Assembly (NCBI GenBank): GCA_964016885.1
Contig: OZ024743.1
Span: 224,750,001 to 224,814,000, forward strand
From: Eledone cirrhosa
Lineage: Eukaryota
Reading direction: 5' to 3'
DNA: 64,000 nt
Positions 1-14,529 of this stretch are shown piece by piece (positions within the stretch are counted from its first letter, which is position 1; each line of letters begins with the position of its first letter). Under the pieces are notes generated by a model. It did not search any database. It was given only the letters and a program-made list of their open reading frames with translations, and was not told where the DNA came from. A program made the translations under genes and the position numbers.

Positions 1-236
1 AAAAGCACCCAGCCCACACTGTAAAGTGGACATGTAGGCGCCACGAAAAAGCACCCAGCACTCACTGTAAATGAGGTTGGTGTTAGGAAAGGCATCCAGC
101 TGTAGAAATCAAGCCAAATCAGTTCCTGTATGAGCAAGGCATGGTCAGCCGACCAGACACTGCCCACAACAGGACAACCCGTCTAACCCATGCTAGCGTG
201 GAAGAACGGACGTAAAACGGTGATGATGATGATGAT
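1..236 (+). mobile_element. 3' UTR and tail of a young RTE-clade LINE (rest lies upstream of the window)
   Basis: About 3 differences from 44511-44750; ends cggacgtaaaacgg(tga)n. Confidence 0.85.
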
Positions 237-291
237 TCATATATATATATATTCACATATATATATATATATATGCACCGTAATATATATA

Positions 292-337
<46 letters not shown>

Positions 338-820
338 TCAGCCGTACTAAGAATGAGAAATGAAATTTCGTTTCATTCTTTTCCATTTATATATATATTC
401 ATATACATATATACATGCATATGATTTTGTGGGACATCTGTCAGTTCCCACAAATATTCCAGCTGTTTGACCAATAGGCCAGCTTGATCATAAAATTAAT
501 ATACACGTGATTGGATATTTCACAGACACGTGTACTCTAAATAGTTCTCAGGGAGATTCAGCATTTGACAAGGCGGAACATTTGAATTACATATACAACT
601 CATTTTTTCAGCTGAGTGAACTGTAGCAAAGTGAAATAAATATATATAATACTTCACTTCACTTCACTTATATTCTCACTCTGAGATGATACTCTCTACA
701 CTTTTCCATTAAGGGTGCTTATATTCCTATTACTTTGACTATTTATCTGTAGTAAAAAAATTTTCTCAAACATTTCAAATTTCACTCATCATTTTTAAAC
801 ATGTAAACCTCTCTCTCTCT

Positions 821-904
<84 letters not shown>

Positions 905-3900
905 TATAGATATGTATTAATTTACAATTACTAAGACAGTGTTTCCATTAAACCTTTTGCCAGATAATTCATTTGATATATAATTAATACAAGGTAACAT
1001 TTCATACGCTCATGGACTCTACCACCCATCAGATGACATTAATACAATATCAAGCGATATCTTCTTAGAAGGTCCTTAGAAGAAGACCTGATTGTTAAGT
1101 GAGGATGAGTTCATTTACTGATCAAAACTTTAAAACTAGGTCAGTGGAACAGAACCAGGTTGTGAGGAGTGGCTGTTAGCTTTAATCTTCACAGTAGAAA
1201 TAGATTAGCCTTCATTGTTTTCTGAATGAAATTATATGAATTAATAAAGAATAATATTTTCAATGGGTTTGCTGCTCTATTTTTATCTTATAGATATTAT
1301 AAATACGTGAGTCTGTAGATAGATATGTCATGCAACTTACAATGTAAAAGAGAAACATCACACATTAATACACACATCCATTCATGTGCCCTTAACTCCA
1401 TATAGAGTTGTAGGGGTGCTGTTATGGTATTTAAAATATGGGGAAACCCATATTCTTTAGATTTAAACACCGAAGAATTGACCACGAAAGGATGAAAAAT
1501 AAAGTTGACCTTTATGGAATTTGATCTCAGAGTGTAGATATCCAGAACAAATATTGCAAAGCATTCTATCCTATGCTCTAACAACTGTGCCAATTTGTCA
1601 CCTGAAGACACAGCTTAAAACTTGTGAAGCCCATATCAACCTATAAGGGAGAGTGTCTCACAGATAGAAGTTTATTATATTAGGTTAGAGCTAGTATTGC
1701 TCAAAGACAAAGCAGGAAATATTTTAATAGAAAGGGAAATAAAAAAGAAAATCTCTTTTTGACTTCTTGGTAAAACAATAATAAGTTCTTACATAGTCAC
1801 TCACTCTGCAAGAAATAGCAGTCAAATTCTTTTAAATTACACCCTTCCATCTTGGGAAAAAATGGGGTATATTATATAGAAAAATAAAAGAAAGGAGCCA
1901 GTCACCAAATTTGACCAAGAAAACAATGTTTCTATTGGTCTTTCCATTGCAGATTCTATCTGCAAGTTGCAACTATTGACAGGAGAAACATCACTGCTTA
2001 GAGGTGAGATTTAAACTCAGAGTTGGAACAGATACTGTAAAGCATCCTATCCGACCTGATCAATTCACTGCCTATCAACTAATACTTTATCTATCAACAG
2101 TAACAGAATGAACGGTGGAGTTGATCTCAGGAGAATTTGAACTCAGTATACAGAGAACAGGAACAAATATGAAGGTATTTAATCTGACCTAACAACTCAG
2201 CCAATTTGTTGCCATATTGTATATTGTAGTTCTAAATATGCAAATAATATTAATAATGTTCTCAATATGCAAAGAGATGGAATAACTTTGATAATGTCTT
2301 CTCAATCAGGGCTGGCCTTAGGTTAAGCAACAACAACAAAAACTAATCAGCAGTGTTATGGTTCACTTAGTTCTAACATTATTATTGTTTTGTTTTGCAT
2401 TTTCTCAAAAGCAGCAGGATATTTAGGATATGCTCCCAATGTACATCTACAACATTGCAATCAAGTTCACATTTTCTGTATGAATAATAGAATTTGTCAC
2501 AATAACAGTTAGTTGACATCTATTATATTACTAGCACAGTACATATAAAAAGTAACAGTGTTTATTTATGGCTTCTTTCAGTCATTTTTTATCCTCCTAC
2601 TGCAAGCCTTGTTACATTTTCTTGTGTTTCATTTTTTTCTGCTCACCCTACTACCCATCTTGCTTGCTGGCTGTCTGCTGGCTATTTTCCCCACACTCCC
2701 ATCTATCTAATTTCTCCACACTAATTTCTCCACATCTATTTTCCCCACACTCCCACCTCTCTCAGCACAGCCATTCCTTTCTCCTCCCACATTCCTATGA
2801 TGTGGCAGAGATCTGGAAACCAGTAAATAAAGTGACATGTGATTTGGCATTTTATATATATAAATATACAAGCTCTCCTCATAGTGTTCAGTTGACATTG
2901 TTTACATTGTTGTTTAACCTCAGGTCAATCCTGAATAAGAAAACCTATGATCAAAGGTATTCCAGTTATGGCCATTTTGTGTTTTACTCACTGTTTCTAG
3001 GACAACATTATTTTTTGTAGCCTTCTAGTTTTAAAAAAGTAAAGGGTATTATTTGAAGGAGATTTGTCTACTATCTCTAAGGGGGGTGAGGCTCCTAGTA
3101 CACATATATATGAAAAGTCTCTTAAATGTTTTAGCATGAACTGAAGAGGATTTCTAGAATTAAATCTAAAATAAGTTTCATATAGACTCAGGATAAAGAG
3201 ATTTCTGACAATAAACAGTGAAAGCTTAGAATAGGAAAATAAATAGTAAGGGTTCTAATATAGATTTTTTCATGTCAATGAATTATCATATTTCTCGGAA
3301 TATGTAACCAATGTGTAAGATGCACTGATGTATAAAACACTGATACATAAGTCACACCCTTAATTTGAATAAAAAGTTTGGGAATAAAGTTAATATACAA
3401 CAATATTTATACATGGCTTGTGTAGAATTTAGTATGTATGTATGCATATATGTATGTGTGTTTATATATATATACATATGATAAATTTATATCTGTATAT
3501 ATATAGTGTAGAGGTAAATATGACTGTAAATGTGTATATAAATTTACAAATTAAGTATACAGACATGTAAACATGCCAAATATACGTATTTCCCTGTTAA
3601 TTAAAAAAGAAATGATAGATATCTTCAAGTGATTTTCAAAGCTAGCTGGATTCTCATCAAAAGATATGTATATTATCTACACAAGGAAATATTTAACCAA
3701 GGGGCTTATACACCCTATCACTTACAGTAGTATCCTGAAATGGATATACTGATTTGCATATTATTAGCACTTACTTATGCTGGTAGTTCAATTTTTATAT
3801 GTATTAAGTTATGTACTAAGCAACCAAAGTATACAATAAATTAACATTTGTATTTATATAGATATAAATTTATGAATACTTCATCTGCTTAGCACACAGC

Positions 3901-3934
3901 ACACAACTTAATACATACATACATTATATATATA

Positions 3935-4055
<121 letters not shown>

Positions 4056-4076
4056 TATATATATATATATATTAGT

Positions 4077-4161
4077 ATCATATTTTTAGTGTATCAGACA
4101 GAGTTATATTTTGACAATATTTTGTGATAAAAACGTGTCCCATACACTGAAAAATACAGTA
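4077..4161. mobile_element. Small pogo/Tc1-type MITE relic
   Basis: Imperfect TIRs catatttttagtgtatcagaca / tgtcccatacactgaaaaatacag, TA flanks. Confidence 0.5.
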
Positions 4162-4379
4162 TGTTATTATTTTCTTTTAATTATTAATTTCTGTTACTTT
4201 TAATTGAAAGGAACAAAATAACAAGAGAGTATATAAAAATATAAATGGAAGAAAAAGAAAAAAATTTCATGAGTAAATGAAAAGTAGAGGAAAACCTTAT
4301 CTGATAAGGGAAAATTAGGCTAGATTAGTTTTATCCATATTATTCAGAATGATATCTCAATATTTAATAATGACAAATG

Positions 4380-4580
4380 ATTTAGGCACAAAGCCTGCAA
4401 TTTTGTGGGAGGGGAAAGTCGATTAAATCGACCTCAGTGTGTGACTGGTACTTTATTTTATCGACCCCATAAGGATGAAAGGCAAAGCTAACCTCAGCGG
4501 GATTAGAACTTAGAATGTAAAGGGTTGTAACTCTATAAAGGTGTCCAACGCTCTACCAATTCTGCCAATTCACCTCCCTA
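4380..4580 (-). mobile_element. tRNA-derived SINE, family A (core gcctttcatcctt..ggggtcgataaaataaagtaccag; Meta/MESC-like by my recollection)
   Basis: Same consensus as copies at 7611-8690, 47043-47237(+), 55492-55700 and 60585-60780; decayed copies near 1480-1600, 2085-2215, 6220-6355, 15530-15655, 41775-41950, 50430-50540. Confidence 0.8.
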
Positions 4581-7500
4581 TCTCCATACTTAATAATGAC
4601 AAATGACTTATGATGATAATAATTTCCTAAATAAAGAAACAAATTCCACTATGACTTCTTTTAATTGAAGTTGTAGCATTCATGCCTTTCTAAAAGGCTT
4701 TAGTGTAGAAAGGTCATTTCAATAACTAATTAACACTAGTTGCTATGTAACCACCATATCAAATTCATCATATGAATGATGGTGAGGATGATGACAAGAC
4801 AATGATGATAATGATAAATAATAGTAGCTTTAAATTTCTGAGTTGGGTAAGTGTGGAGGACATGGTTTCACTAGTGAATACTTCAGTCGTTAATTTTTAA
4901 TTTATCAGGAGACAGAAGTAAGATTATAATTTTTCTCACTCTTATCCTTATCTCTTGAGATGAAACATTTTTTAATATTTACATCACTTAGATTTCTGAA
5001 TATCACCATCAATCTTACTCGTGGATGTCTATGTAGTTCCAAACTTGTTTTGTACTAAGAACTTTTATTTCTAAACTAAGAGTAGTAGTTTAAAAATAAA
5101 GCTTACTAATTTGTATTGTGACTAAAATGAAGGGCAAAAGGACCCCATAATGAGTATGATGCTTGTTGTGTAGCTGGCAAGGCTAACACCTACTTTAGCA
5201 GACAAATTGGCCTAAAAAATGCTTGTAGTAGTTTGTATATAGTTTGATACTGTGTGCTCATCGAAGAATAAGACAGAGATCAAATTGAATGAAATGCAGT
5301 GTAGGTCGTGTAAATATTAAAAATGTTTCATCCCTGCAGATGAGCTTTACACTCTGAAAAATTATAATCTTATCAACAATAACTCATCTAAGACATTTAC
5401 TAGTTTCTGGAATCTAGTCAACTATATTTGAGTTAATATGAGAGAGAATTTGTTTCTACCAAGACCATCCAATATCAGCATATTGAGCTTTACAATGTAC
5501 TGCTTTTATATTTCCTTAACACAATGATTTTTAAATGTTTTAGGATCATTTCTTGCAGATAGTATCAGAGCTAACCAAATAAGGATTCTGGATTTCAGAT
5601 CTATGAGATTTTGATATTATTTATTTTGAGAACAATACCTTAACAACAGTATGAGTGGCCAGTTACAGCCGGTTTGAACAGAAAGAAGTGAGAGAGTTCT
5701 GGCCAGATATGGCTGGTTTAAATGCAATAAAAATTTAAAAATTGTGGTAGATAAAAACAATAAAAATGTTGGAAGTAATTTTTAAAATGGTTTAAAAAAC
5801 AAATGAAGTTGTTCATGATAGGTAAATACTTGGTAAGTTGAGCTGCACAAAATATGAAAGATTGTCCTTAATATCACTACTACATTCGTTGTAGAACATT
5901 GTCCACATGATAATCCAATTGAAAGAAATCTTAGATAAATTGTGATATTATTATCTCATGTTTAGGTCATGAAATGTGAACATAATGTGAAATCCCTTTT
6001 CTGTGATAGTGGAACATTCCAAACCATGAGTTGCCAGCTGGCAGTGGCAGATTATGGAGTGAGGGGGGAGGGTACTGGGCTGTAACCAGGAGACTTACAA
6101 TATTTGTATTGTATGGATCTATAACTCCTGATGGAGTCATAGGGGTGCCGTAGTGACATATAACATTTCTTGGGTCAATCCCTCAGAAGGTTTGAAGACA
6201 GCTAATTTCTGAGATGGAAAGACTTTTTTATCAACTCCTAAAAGAATGAAAGGCAAAGTTGACTTTGGCAGAATTTAAACTTAGAGAGCAGAGAGTCAGG
6301 ACAAATAACCCAAAGCATTTTATTTGACTTTCTAATGACTCAGCTAATCCCCACTCCTCCAAAACATTTAAAGCCCCCCAAATTAAATTTTTTTTGCTAC
6401 CATTAATAATGTATTATACAATGAATCTCATGATAAGCTTGATATAATAGCCCCAATAAAATTTCCAGCCTAGGACCTTAATCTGTCCCTGTCTGCTGGT
6501 CTGTTTGAAATCCCTTTTCTGTGACTGTGGAACAGCCAAAATCAGGAGTCAAGTCATCAGTTGTTTTACAAATTATTAGATTCCTCCTATTGTTTAGTTG
6601 ATTTAAGAGAAGAACAAACCACAAAGAATGCTCAAGATTGTGTAAAAATGTGGAAAGATATGATACAATTTTCTGTTGATACTTATATTGTTCTGTAGAC
6701 ATCCTACTAGTTTTATGATTATTTACTTATATGTGTGTTCAAATATACCAGTGATATATCTCTTTCCCTAAATCTTTGGATGAAAAAGCAAGCAACAATT
6801 AATGAAAGAGAAGAAGTAATAGTAGTAGTAATAATAATACCAACAACAATAACATGAGTAAATGATCCAAGATATATATATATATAGAGAGAGAGAGATA
6901 TGAAATGGTGTTATTTGCTAGATGGAATATTTTTTCAAAGGAAACAAATTTTTCTTTTTTTTCATCTTCATTTTCTTAATAAAAAAATTTCACCTTTCAA
7001 CGTATGAAAAAATATGAGAGAAACAAAACTGAGAAAGAGCAGATCAAAATGAGAGTTCAAGAAAACTAACAGTTAGTCTGCATTGGCAACAATTATGTAG
7101 TAAATTTTGCAAAACATTTTGAATAATTCTGTATATCCAGTGGAGAATATTGTATCATATTTTCAGTTATATCGTTAAACCCCTCCCTCCAAATGTCCTC
7201 TTTCTATTGAAGATGGAGGAAGTTGCTTGAAATATCAGGATCTTTTTTTTAGTAAGACAAAAAATGAAAACAACAAAAAGGAAAAATATACCTTTTGTGA
7301 CAGTGTTTTTAATAAAATACACTCTATTTGAATTAATTAATGAAGAATTTTGGAGGATTTACTCAAATTATTAATTATTTCATTACATATGCTTCTTACA
7401 TAGAATTATTTTGGATTATTAAAATTTAAATAGGGACCCCTTAAAATGGGTGGTTTTGTTTCATAGAACTAGAGCTGGTTTCAGCTGGGTTAGCATCAAA

Positions 7501-7610
7501 ATGGTTAATCATATGGGTAAACAGGTTCCAGCCAAAAATCAAAACTCTGTCATCATGTGAACTCACACTGAAATCTCTGCCTTGATGATGATGATGATGA
7601 TAATAATGAT

Positions 7611-8690
7611 TTCTACTATAGGCACAAGGCCAGCAATTTGGTTGGAGGGGAAAGTCAAATAAATCGACCAGTGTATTACTGGTACTTAATTTAATCAACC
7701 CTGTAAGGATGAAAGGCAAAGCTAACCTCAGCGATAAAATAAAGCACCAGTAATGAACAGGGGTTGATTTAATCCCCAGTGTATTACTGCTTTATTTTAT
7801 ATTTATAATAATTATATTTATAACAATATATAATATTATTTATAATAATACTTTTATAATAATAATAATAAGAAGAATTTCTAGTATAGGCGCAAGGCCA
7901 GTAATTTGGGGGAGAGGAAAGTCGATTAAATCGACCCCAGTACGTTACTGGTGCTTTATTTTATCGACCCCCGTAAGGATGAAAGGCAAAGTTAATCTCG
8001 GCGGGATTTGAACTCAGAACGTAAAGGCCCGTAATTCTATGCTGTGAAGCATGTTGTCGGACGCTCTACTGATACTACCAATTTATTTCTAGTATTAGAA
8101 AAAGACCAGTAATTTGGGTGGAGGGTAAAGGTCAATTACGTTGGCCCCAATACATGGCTTGTACTTTATTTTATTGACTCTGGAAAAATGGAAAGCAAAG
8201 ATGACCTTTGCAGGATTTGAGCTCAGAGCTTAAAGGACCATAATTAAATCTGATGATCTAATAATTCTGCCAATCCACTGCACTAATAATAATAATTGTT
8301 TCTACTTTTTGGCACAAGGTCATCAATTACCCAGTACATTACTGGTACTTTATTTTATCGACCCCGTAAGGATGAACGGCAAAGTTAACCTCGGCAGGAT
8401 TTGAACTCAGACCGTAAAGGGACGTAACTATGCTGGAAAGCATGGCGTCCGACCCTCTACCGATACTGCCAATCCACCGAATAATAATGATTTCTAATAT
8501 AGGTACAAGGCCAGCAATTTTAAGGGAGGGGAAATCAATTAATTTGACTGTGTGACTGGTACTTTATTTTATCGACCCCGTAAGGATGAAAGGCAAAGTT
8601 AACCTTGGCGTGATTTAAACTTGGAACGTAACGGGCCGTAACTCTATGCTGCTAGGCATATTGCCCGGCACTCTACCAATACTGCTACAA
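7611..8690 (-). mobile_element. Train of about 5 head-to-tail family A SINE copies
   Basis: Repeated ggcacaaggccagcaattt...atcgacccc..aaggatgaaaggcaaagtt units separated by (aat)n. Confidence 0.85.
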
Positions 8691-9669
8691 TAATAACAAT
8701 AATAATAACAACAACAATAATAACAATAATAATAATTATTATTATTATCATTATATTTTCATTTATTTGCCACAAGGGCGACATATGAGGAGACATTACA
8801 AGGACAGGTTAGAAAAATGGTGGTCGTGGTGGTGATGGTGGGTTAATGCCATACAGATTATGCCCCCAACCCCACAAAAAAGAAGTGAGAAACAGGTTTG
8901 ATAAAACGAAAGTATACACAAGGTATGAAATGAGATGAATTATTAACTACTATTAACTGATTATTAACTAATACTGATAATAATAAAAGTTATTAATCAT
9001 ATTTATATATTTTTTTCTGTGTGTATCCAGTTTAGAATAGGTACAATGTATCCCTGCATGACTAAAAAGGTTGGTGCCATAAAGAGCATCTGGTTGTAAA
9101 ACATTGCCTCAAAGAGGTCGCTGGGATGAGTATGAATTCTATCATGGGGCTCTGCAAGACTAACCTCCTGCTATAGCAAGGAAAACGGATTTAAAACACT
9201 TGTTGATGGATATTTTCTATTTGTTTTGTCATTTTTTAAGCAATTTTTAATTTAGTGTTTGTAGAAGGGGGAGGTGGAGGGATTTGTAGAGAAAATGTAG
9301 AGAGGAAGATAACAACAACAAAAATAATAAAGATAAAACAAAAATATTTAAGGAGATATATCAACAATGGTGGTGCCTCAGCATGGCCACAGCCTATAGG
9401 CTTGAACAGGTAAAAATGTAACAGCGTAAAAGAGTAATTTAAATTGTTCTTCTGGTTAAAAAATAAACTAACAAATTAACGCTTTGGCTTTGCTGTTCGT
9501 TGGGAATTTTTCATTTGAGTTTCAAAACTGTATCAATATTGCCCTACCGCCCAGCCCCAATAAAACATTGATTGCTGTTGGTCATATATTATTATTATGT
9601 TTTGTATTGGTTTTAATCTCATAAAATCCTACTGCTAAGGATTCAGTGTGTTTGTCTAAGTGTTGCAAC

Positions 9670-9858
9670 CAACATTCCCTCTAGATTTTCCCAACCACTG
9701 AGTGTAAAGTTGGATGCTTTGAGCAAAAATATTTTAACTTCAAAGCTACGGTATGGCAACATTTCAAAGTTGCTGAGTAGCAACATTTTCATGTGTGTGA
9801 CCCAATACAATGACTGCACCTTTGCAACACACCCATGCAAAACTTTGAGGGAACGTGG
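9670..9858. mobile_element. hAT-type MITE, copy 1
   Basis: TIR caacattccctcta / tttgagggaacgtgg; decayed 8-bp TSD gttgcaac / gtggcagc. Confidence 0.7.
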
Positions 9859-10567
9859 GTGGCAGCAGTGAATATATATCTGTATGTGTGTGTGTGGCTG
9901 TAATCACATGGGATATTTCATCTGCCATAATCAGTGAAAAATTAGAACCTGTTTAAAGTAAAGTGAATAACTGTAGTCAGTAGTAATCACGGCATTTGTG
10001 AAACATAAAATACAGATGGACATACCACACATGTCCTGGATTTCAAGCAAAAATATGGGGTTTTACAAAGCTTTTTAATTTTAAATGTATAATTCCCACT
10101 GATAATAATGTTGTAAAAGTTGTTTTAAAGAAGTTCCAAATCTGACTAAGAGCAAAGCTGAAACAAGGATCTGTTGATGACAGAAAAAATGTGATTTAGA
10201 CAAACAGCAAAATAGCAAGCTGATAGCAAAGGGAAGTGAAAGGAAAGGAAATATATTTGAAGTAACTAATATACAATGTATTTGTCCAATTAGTCTCAAA
10301 GAAAACCTCATTTCAGCTACTATACATTTAAAGAAATTTATTTACATTGAGGGAAAAAAAATTATTAATTTACATTGGCCTTTTGACATGCTCCCTTCTC
10401 CTCATTGAAATAACCAAACTGATGATTATTGATTTAGATAACAATCTCCATATATTATCTCACTACATTCTCTACTGCACCAATTACTGTGGTAGAAGGA
10501 CCATTTCAGAAACTGTGCTATTGTGCAGAACTGTTGCTGTTTCATAGAAGAATGGTGGATGTTTAAG

Positions 10568-10741
10568 CAACACTCCCTCTAATTTCTTCAAAGCACTGAG
10601 TGGAATATTTAATGCTTTGAATAAAAATATTTTATGTTCAAAGTTACTGTGCAGCAACAATTCAAAGCGACGTTTTGATGCATATGGCACCAATACAGTA
10701 ACTGCACAAATGTGCACCTGCACAGCTTAGAGATAACATTG
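10568..10741. mobile_element. hAT-type MITE, copy 2 (same family)
   Basis: TIR caacactccctctaa / ttagagataacattg; decayed 8-bp TSD tgtttaag / cttttaag; internal similarity to 9670-9858. Confidence 0.7.
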
Positions 10742-11024
10742 CTTTTAAGTGAATACTACATTCTGAATGTTTAACAGAGAAACGGTGAAACCTATTGGAG
10801 CACTTCATACTGATAGAGTGCAGCTGCATGTTATCATCTCAAATAGGGTCATCAGAGTATGTCTTATATATACTTTTTCTGGCCACACTGTCCAGAAAAG
10901 ATGGTTTTGCTGTTTTTTGCATCAAATTGTCAAAAATATTTAAGGGTGATATGAATATAGTTATAATATTGCATCATTAAAGGGTTAGCTTCTAGCCTGA
11001 GATGATTTCATTTGATTTGATTAA

Positions 11025-11057
<33 letters not shown>

Positions 11058-14000
11058 ATATACATTTATATTAGACTGAGATTAGTTGATGGGAGCCTTA
11101 TACATTAATATATACATATATTTATTTATGTACACACAATACACTATTTACATATGCATCTGTGATCTACAACCACATAAAATTACCAAAGTGGACAATA
11201 TATTTAATATATCATCTGACATTATATATCATGATCCAGAACCTAGAAAATTCTATGAATTATTTTAATATAAAGTATATTGAATTCTAATAAACAGAGA
11301 CTCAATATGCTTTTAAACAAAACTGGAATTTAAAATGGTTTTTAAAGGTTTTGCTCCAGCTCCAGAACATTTCATACATCATTAAATAGATATTAATAAT
11401 CTAACAATATTAATGAGATTTTGGAAAATGATTTTTAAAAAGCAAACTGATGGCTTGAAACAAGACATGGATTTTTTTTTTGAGGGGAGGGGGATAATGA
11501 CATCAGCTTGAAGAAAAATAGAATGATTGTAATAAAAATAATATCAATGAATAATGAAACACAATTGAAACAGACTTTTCTTTAGTATGAATGAAAATAT
11601 AGGATTTGTCTTTCTGTGTAACTAAGATGTCCAGAGAATAGATTATTGAGCTTTCTTTCAGTGATAATATGGTTTGCATTGTGTTTAAAATGATAAAGAA
11701 TCTCAAGGGAAAGGGGGAAGGAGGAAGTAAAATAATATAATTCAGAGAACAGTATATCTGTTTACATTTTAAATTAATAAGATTAGATAAAATATTAGAG
11801 CAATATAAGAGTCTTTTTTGGTTTTGTTTTTGAAGAAGATAAAAAAATACAGTTTGTATTATTTTAAACAAAAACTTTAGGAAATTTTAAAGACCATACT
11901 TTGAAATAGATTTGTATTTAAAAAAAAGCAGGTCTGAAACAAAAAAAAATGTGAAAACTTTAAAGAATGAAATTCACCAATGAATAAAAATCATGAAAGC
12001 AAAATTGTTTAGTTTAGTAGAAAGAAAATATGGAATAAATGAAACCAAATCAATCTTTATTTAGCAAATTACAAAATAGAAATATGTATTAAATAGAAAT
12101 GGTATGAAGAAAATGATAGTATATTTACGTAAAAGTCTAGGTTCTGGATCAAATAATGAGGTTGGTAGAATTTGGTGTCACAGTGTTGTTTGAATGAGAG
12201 AAAAATAGAAGCATGCATTCGTTGTCAGCTAGAGAATCATTGAGATTCATGCCAGCCACTTTAAACAATAGAACTCTACAGAAATAAATATAATATATAA
12301 AACTAACGATGCTGGTTACCAAAATTGCCAACAGTCAGTAAAATGCCTCAGGTCTATCCAAAACAACAAAAAATCCTGTAAATTATCTCATTTTTTAAAG
12401 AGTAAAACAAATAAAATGTTAATTAATCAAAGCATTTGGAAACGAACAAATTAAAATTTCATATTGATACTCAACTTTTCCTTTCTAATAAAAAAAAAAA
12501 AAACACCTCAAGAATGCATTTATATATCCACAATGTTAGAGCGAAAACAAATTTTGTTTTTTAATTTTTGGTAAAGCCAACCATAAAATCGTATGCAAAT
12601 TAGGTTAATCAGCTGATATATACTTTAGAGAATACTATATATTCTCAAGAGTTCTAGTGTGTAACAGAAAAGATACACAATTTTGATAAGGAGCAATAAA
12701 CCCGAAACAATTGTCGATAGTTTCCCTATGCTACCACTAAAACAAAAGGATGACAATAGTCATCTAAAACACATGGCATTATGAGGCTGTTTGCTTGCAA
12801 ATCAATCGAATATTTATAATATTATTATTATTCAATATAAAACTCACAAATGTATTTATGGATATAGTTTTCTCTATCCTAAATATTAAGGAACTAGAAA
12901 CAAGAGAAATCAGAAAAGTAGTTGAATCAAAAACAAATGAAAATACCTTAAACCATGTTCTGAAACAATGCAGGAGCTAAAAAATAGACAAATCTAATAT
13001 ATAAATATGTATACACATAGATACACACTCTCTTCTCTAGGTCTATTATACATATATATATAAAATCTAATATAGAAACAGCTTCTTCTACAGGACTAGA
13101 ACTGTTTCATTTGAAAGATGAAATAGTTCTAGTCCTGTCGAAGTCATTTCTGTATTAAATTTGATGCTTACACTCTTCTAATGTATTGAGTACCTTACTT
13201 ACTGTGGTTACCCCCGATTGAACTCAGGACACACACACATATATATACATATATTATGTAAGGAAGCATAAATATGTATGAATGTTCATTTATATAGATA
13301 TCTAGGTATACTCATTACAGATTTATTACATTTTAGGGATAGCAGTAACAATTTGGTACCATCTACAATCTTTAAACTCTTTACTTTTTGTTGCCATTAA
13401 AGCCAACATTATGCTGGAGTACTACCATCACTATATGTAGAGATTACAGAAGTTAAGTTATCAAAATATCTTGTTATTTAACCCCAGGTCAGCCCAGGTT
13501 GAGCAGACCTATAATCAAATATATTCAAGCCATGTCTAGCCAGCTGTTTTCCCCAGATATCAATGATTGCATTATTCAATGTGTTCTTTCTATTTTAAAA
13601 TCTTTTTGTGATGGTATTTCTAATAAAAGATATTTAAAAAAAATTAATTAATGAAGAAACTTGGAGGATTTACTAAAATTATTAATTATTTCATTACTTA
13701 GTAAGGCATGCTTCATATATAAAATTATGTTGGAAGATTTTAATTTGAAATAGAAACCCCTTAAAATGGGTGGTTTTGTTTCAGAGAACCAGGTTGGAAT
13801 CAAAAGGGTTATGTGGAGTGAAATTTGTGGGAAATTTGATTGTTTTATCTGGCAAATAAAGCAACCATGTAGAAACCCTCTTATATATAGAGGTGAACTG
13901 GAAACGTTTTATTGTTCAATTGGTTAGTTCTTTCAGCAAAGAAACATTAATATTGTCTATGATTCAATTAATAGAAACATGAAGTGAATGATTGCATAGA

Positions 14001-14529
14001 GTCACTGACTGCTCCAACCCAGTACCACTGAAAAAAGGTTTGAGTTATTTTAGAAAATAATAGCAAACACTTGGAAATTTAATGTAAACTAAAAAAAGTG
14101 AAACAAGCATGAGAAGCTCTCATCTTAAAGCTCATAATTAGGGGAGATAATTAAATGTCTTAACCCGAAACAGCCTTTGGTTCTATGAAACAAATCTTTG
14201 TTTTAAAGTCTTTATATTTATCTAAAAGTTTTCCATCATAATTCTATGTTAGAGCCTTTATTAAGTTATGATCCAAACATCAGCTTAATAATGAGAAAGT
14301 TAGTTACATGATTAAATCCTTTCAAATGGCTGTTTTCAAATTTTGTTTTTAATATCAGACTCATATTACGTTTTATATATAATTAAACTCTCAAGATATG
14401 ATAAAAATGACAAAAAGATTGAATCTATTTTAAAGAGTATCAAGACATCCTGACAAATAATTTGATGCGTATGATTAATAAAATCTGGCATTGCTGCATC
14501 AAAAATAATTCCTTGCATTTATCAACCAA

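Noticed and set aside
5988-6535. 19-bp direct repeat tgaaatcccttttctgtga, 0.5 kb apart
   Set aside because: Too short, with no element structure between the copies.
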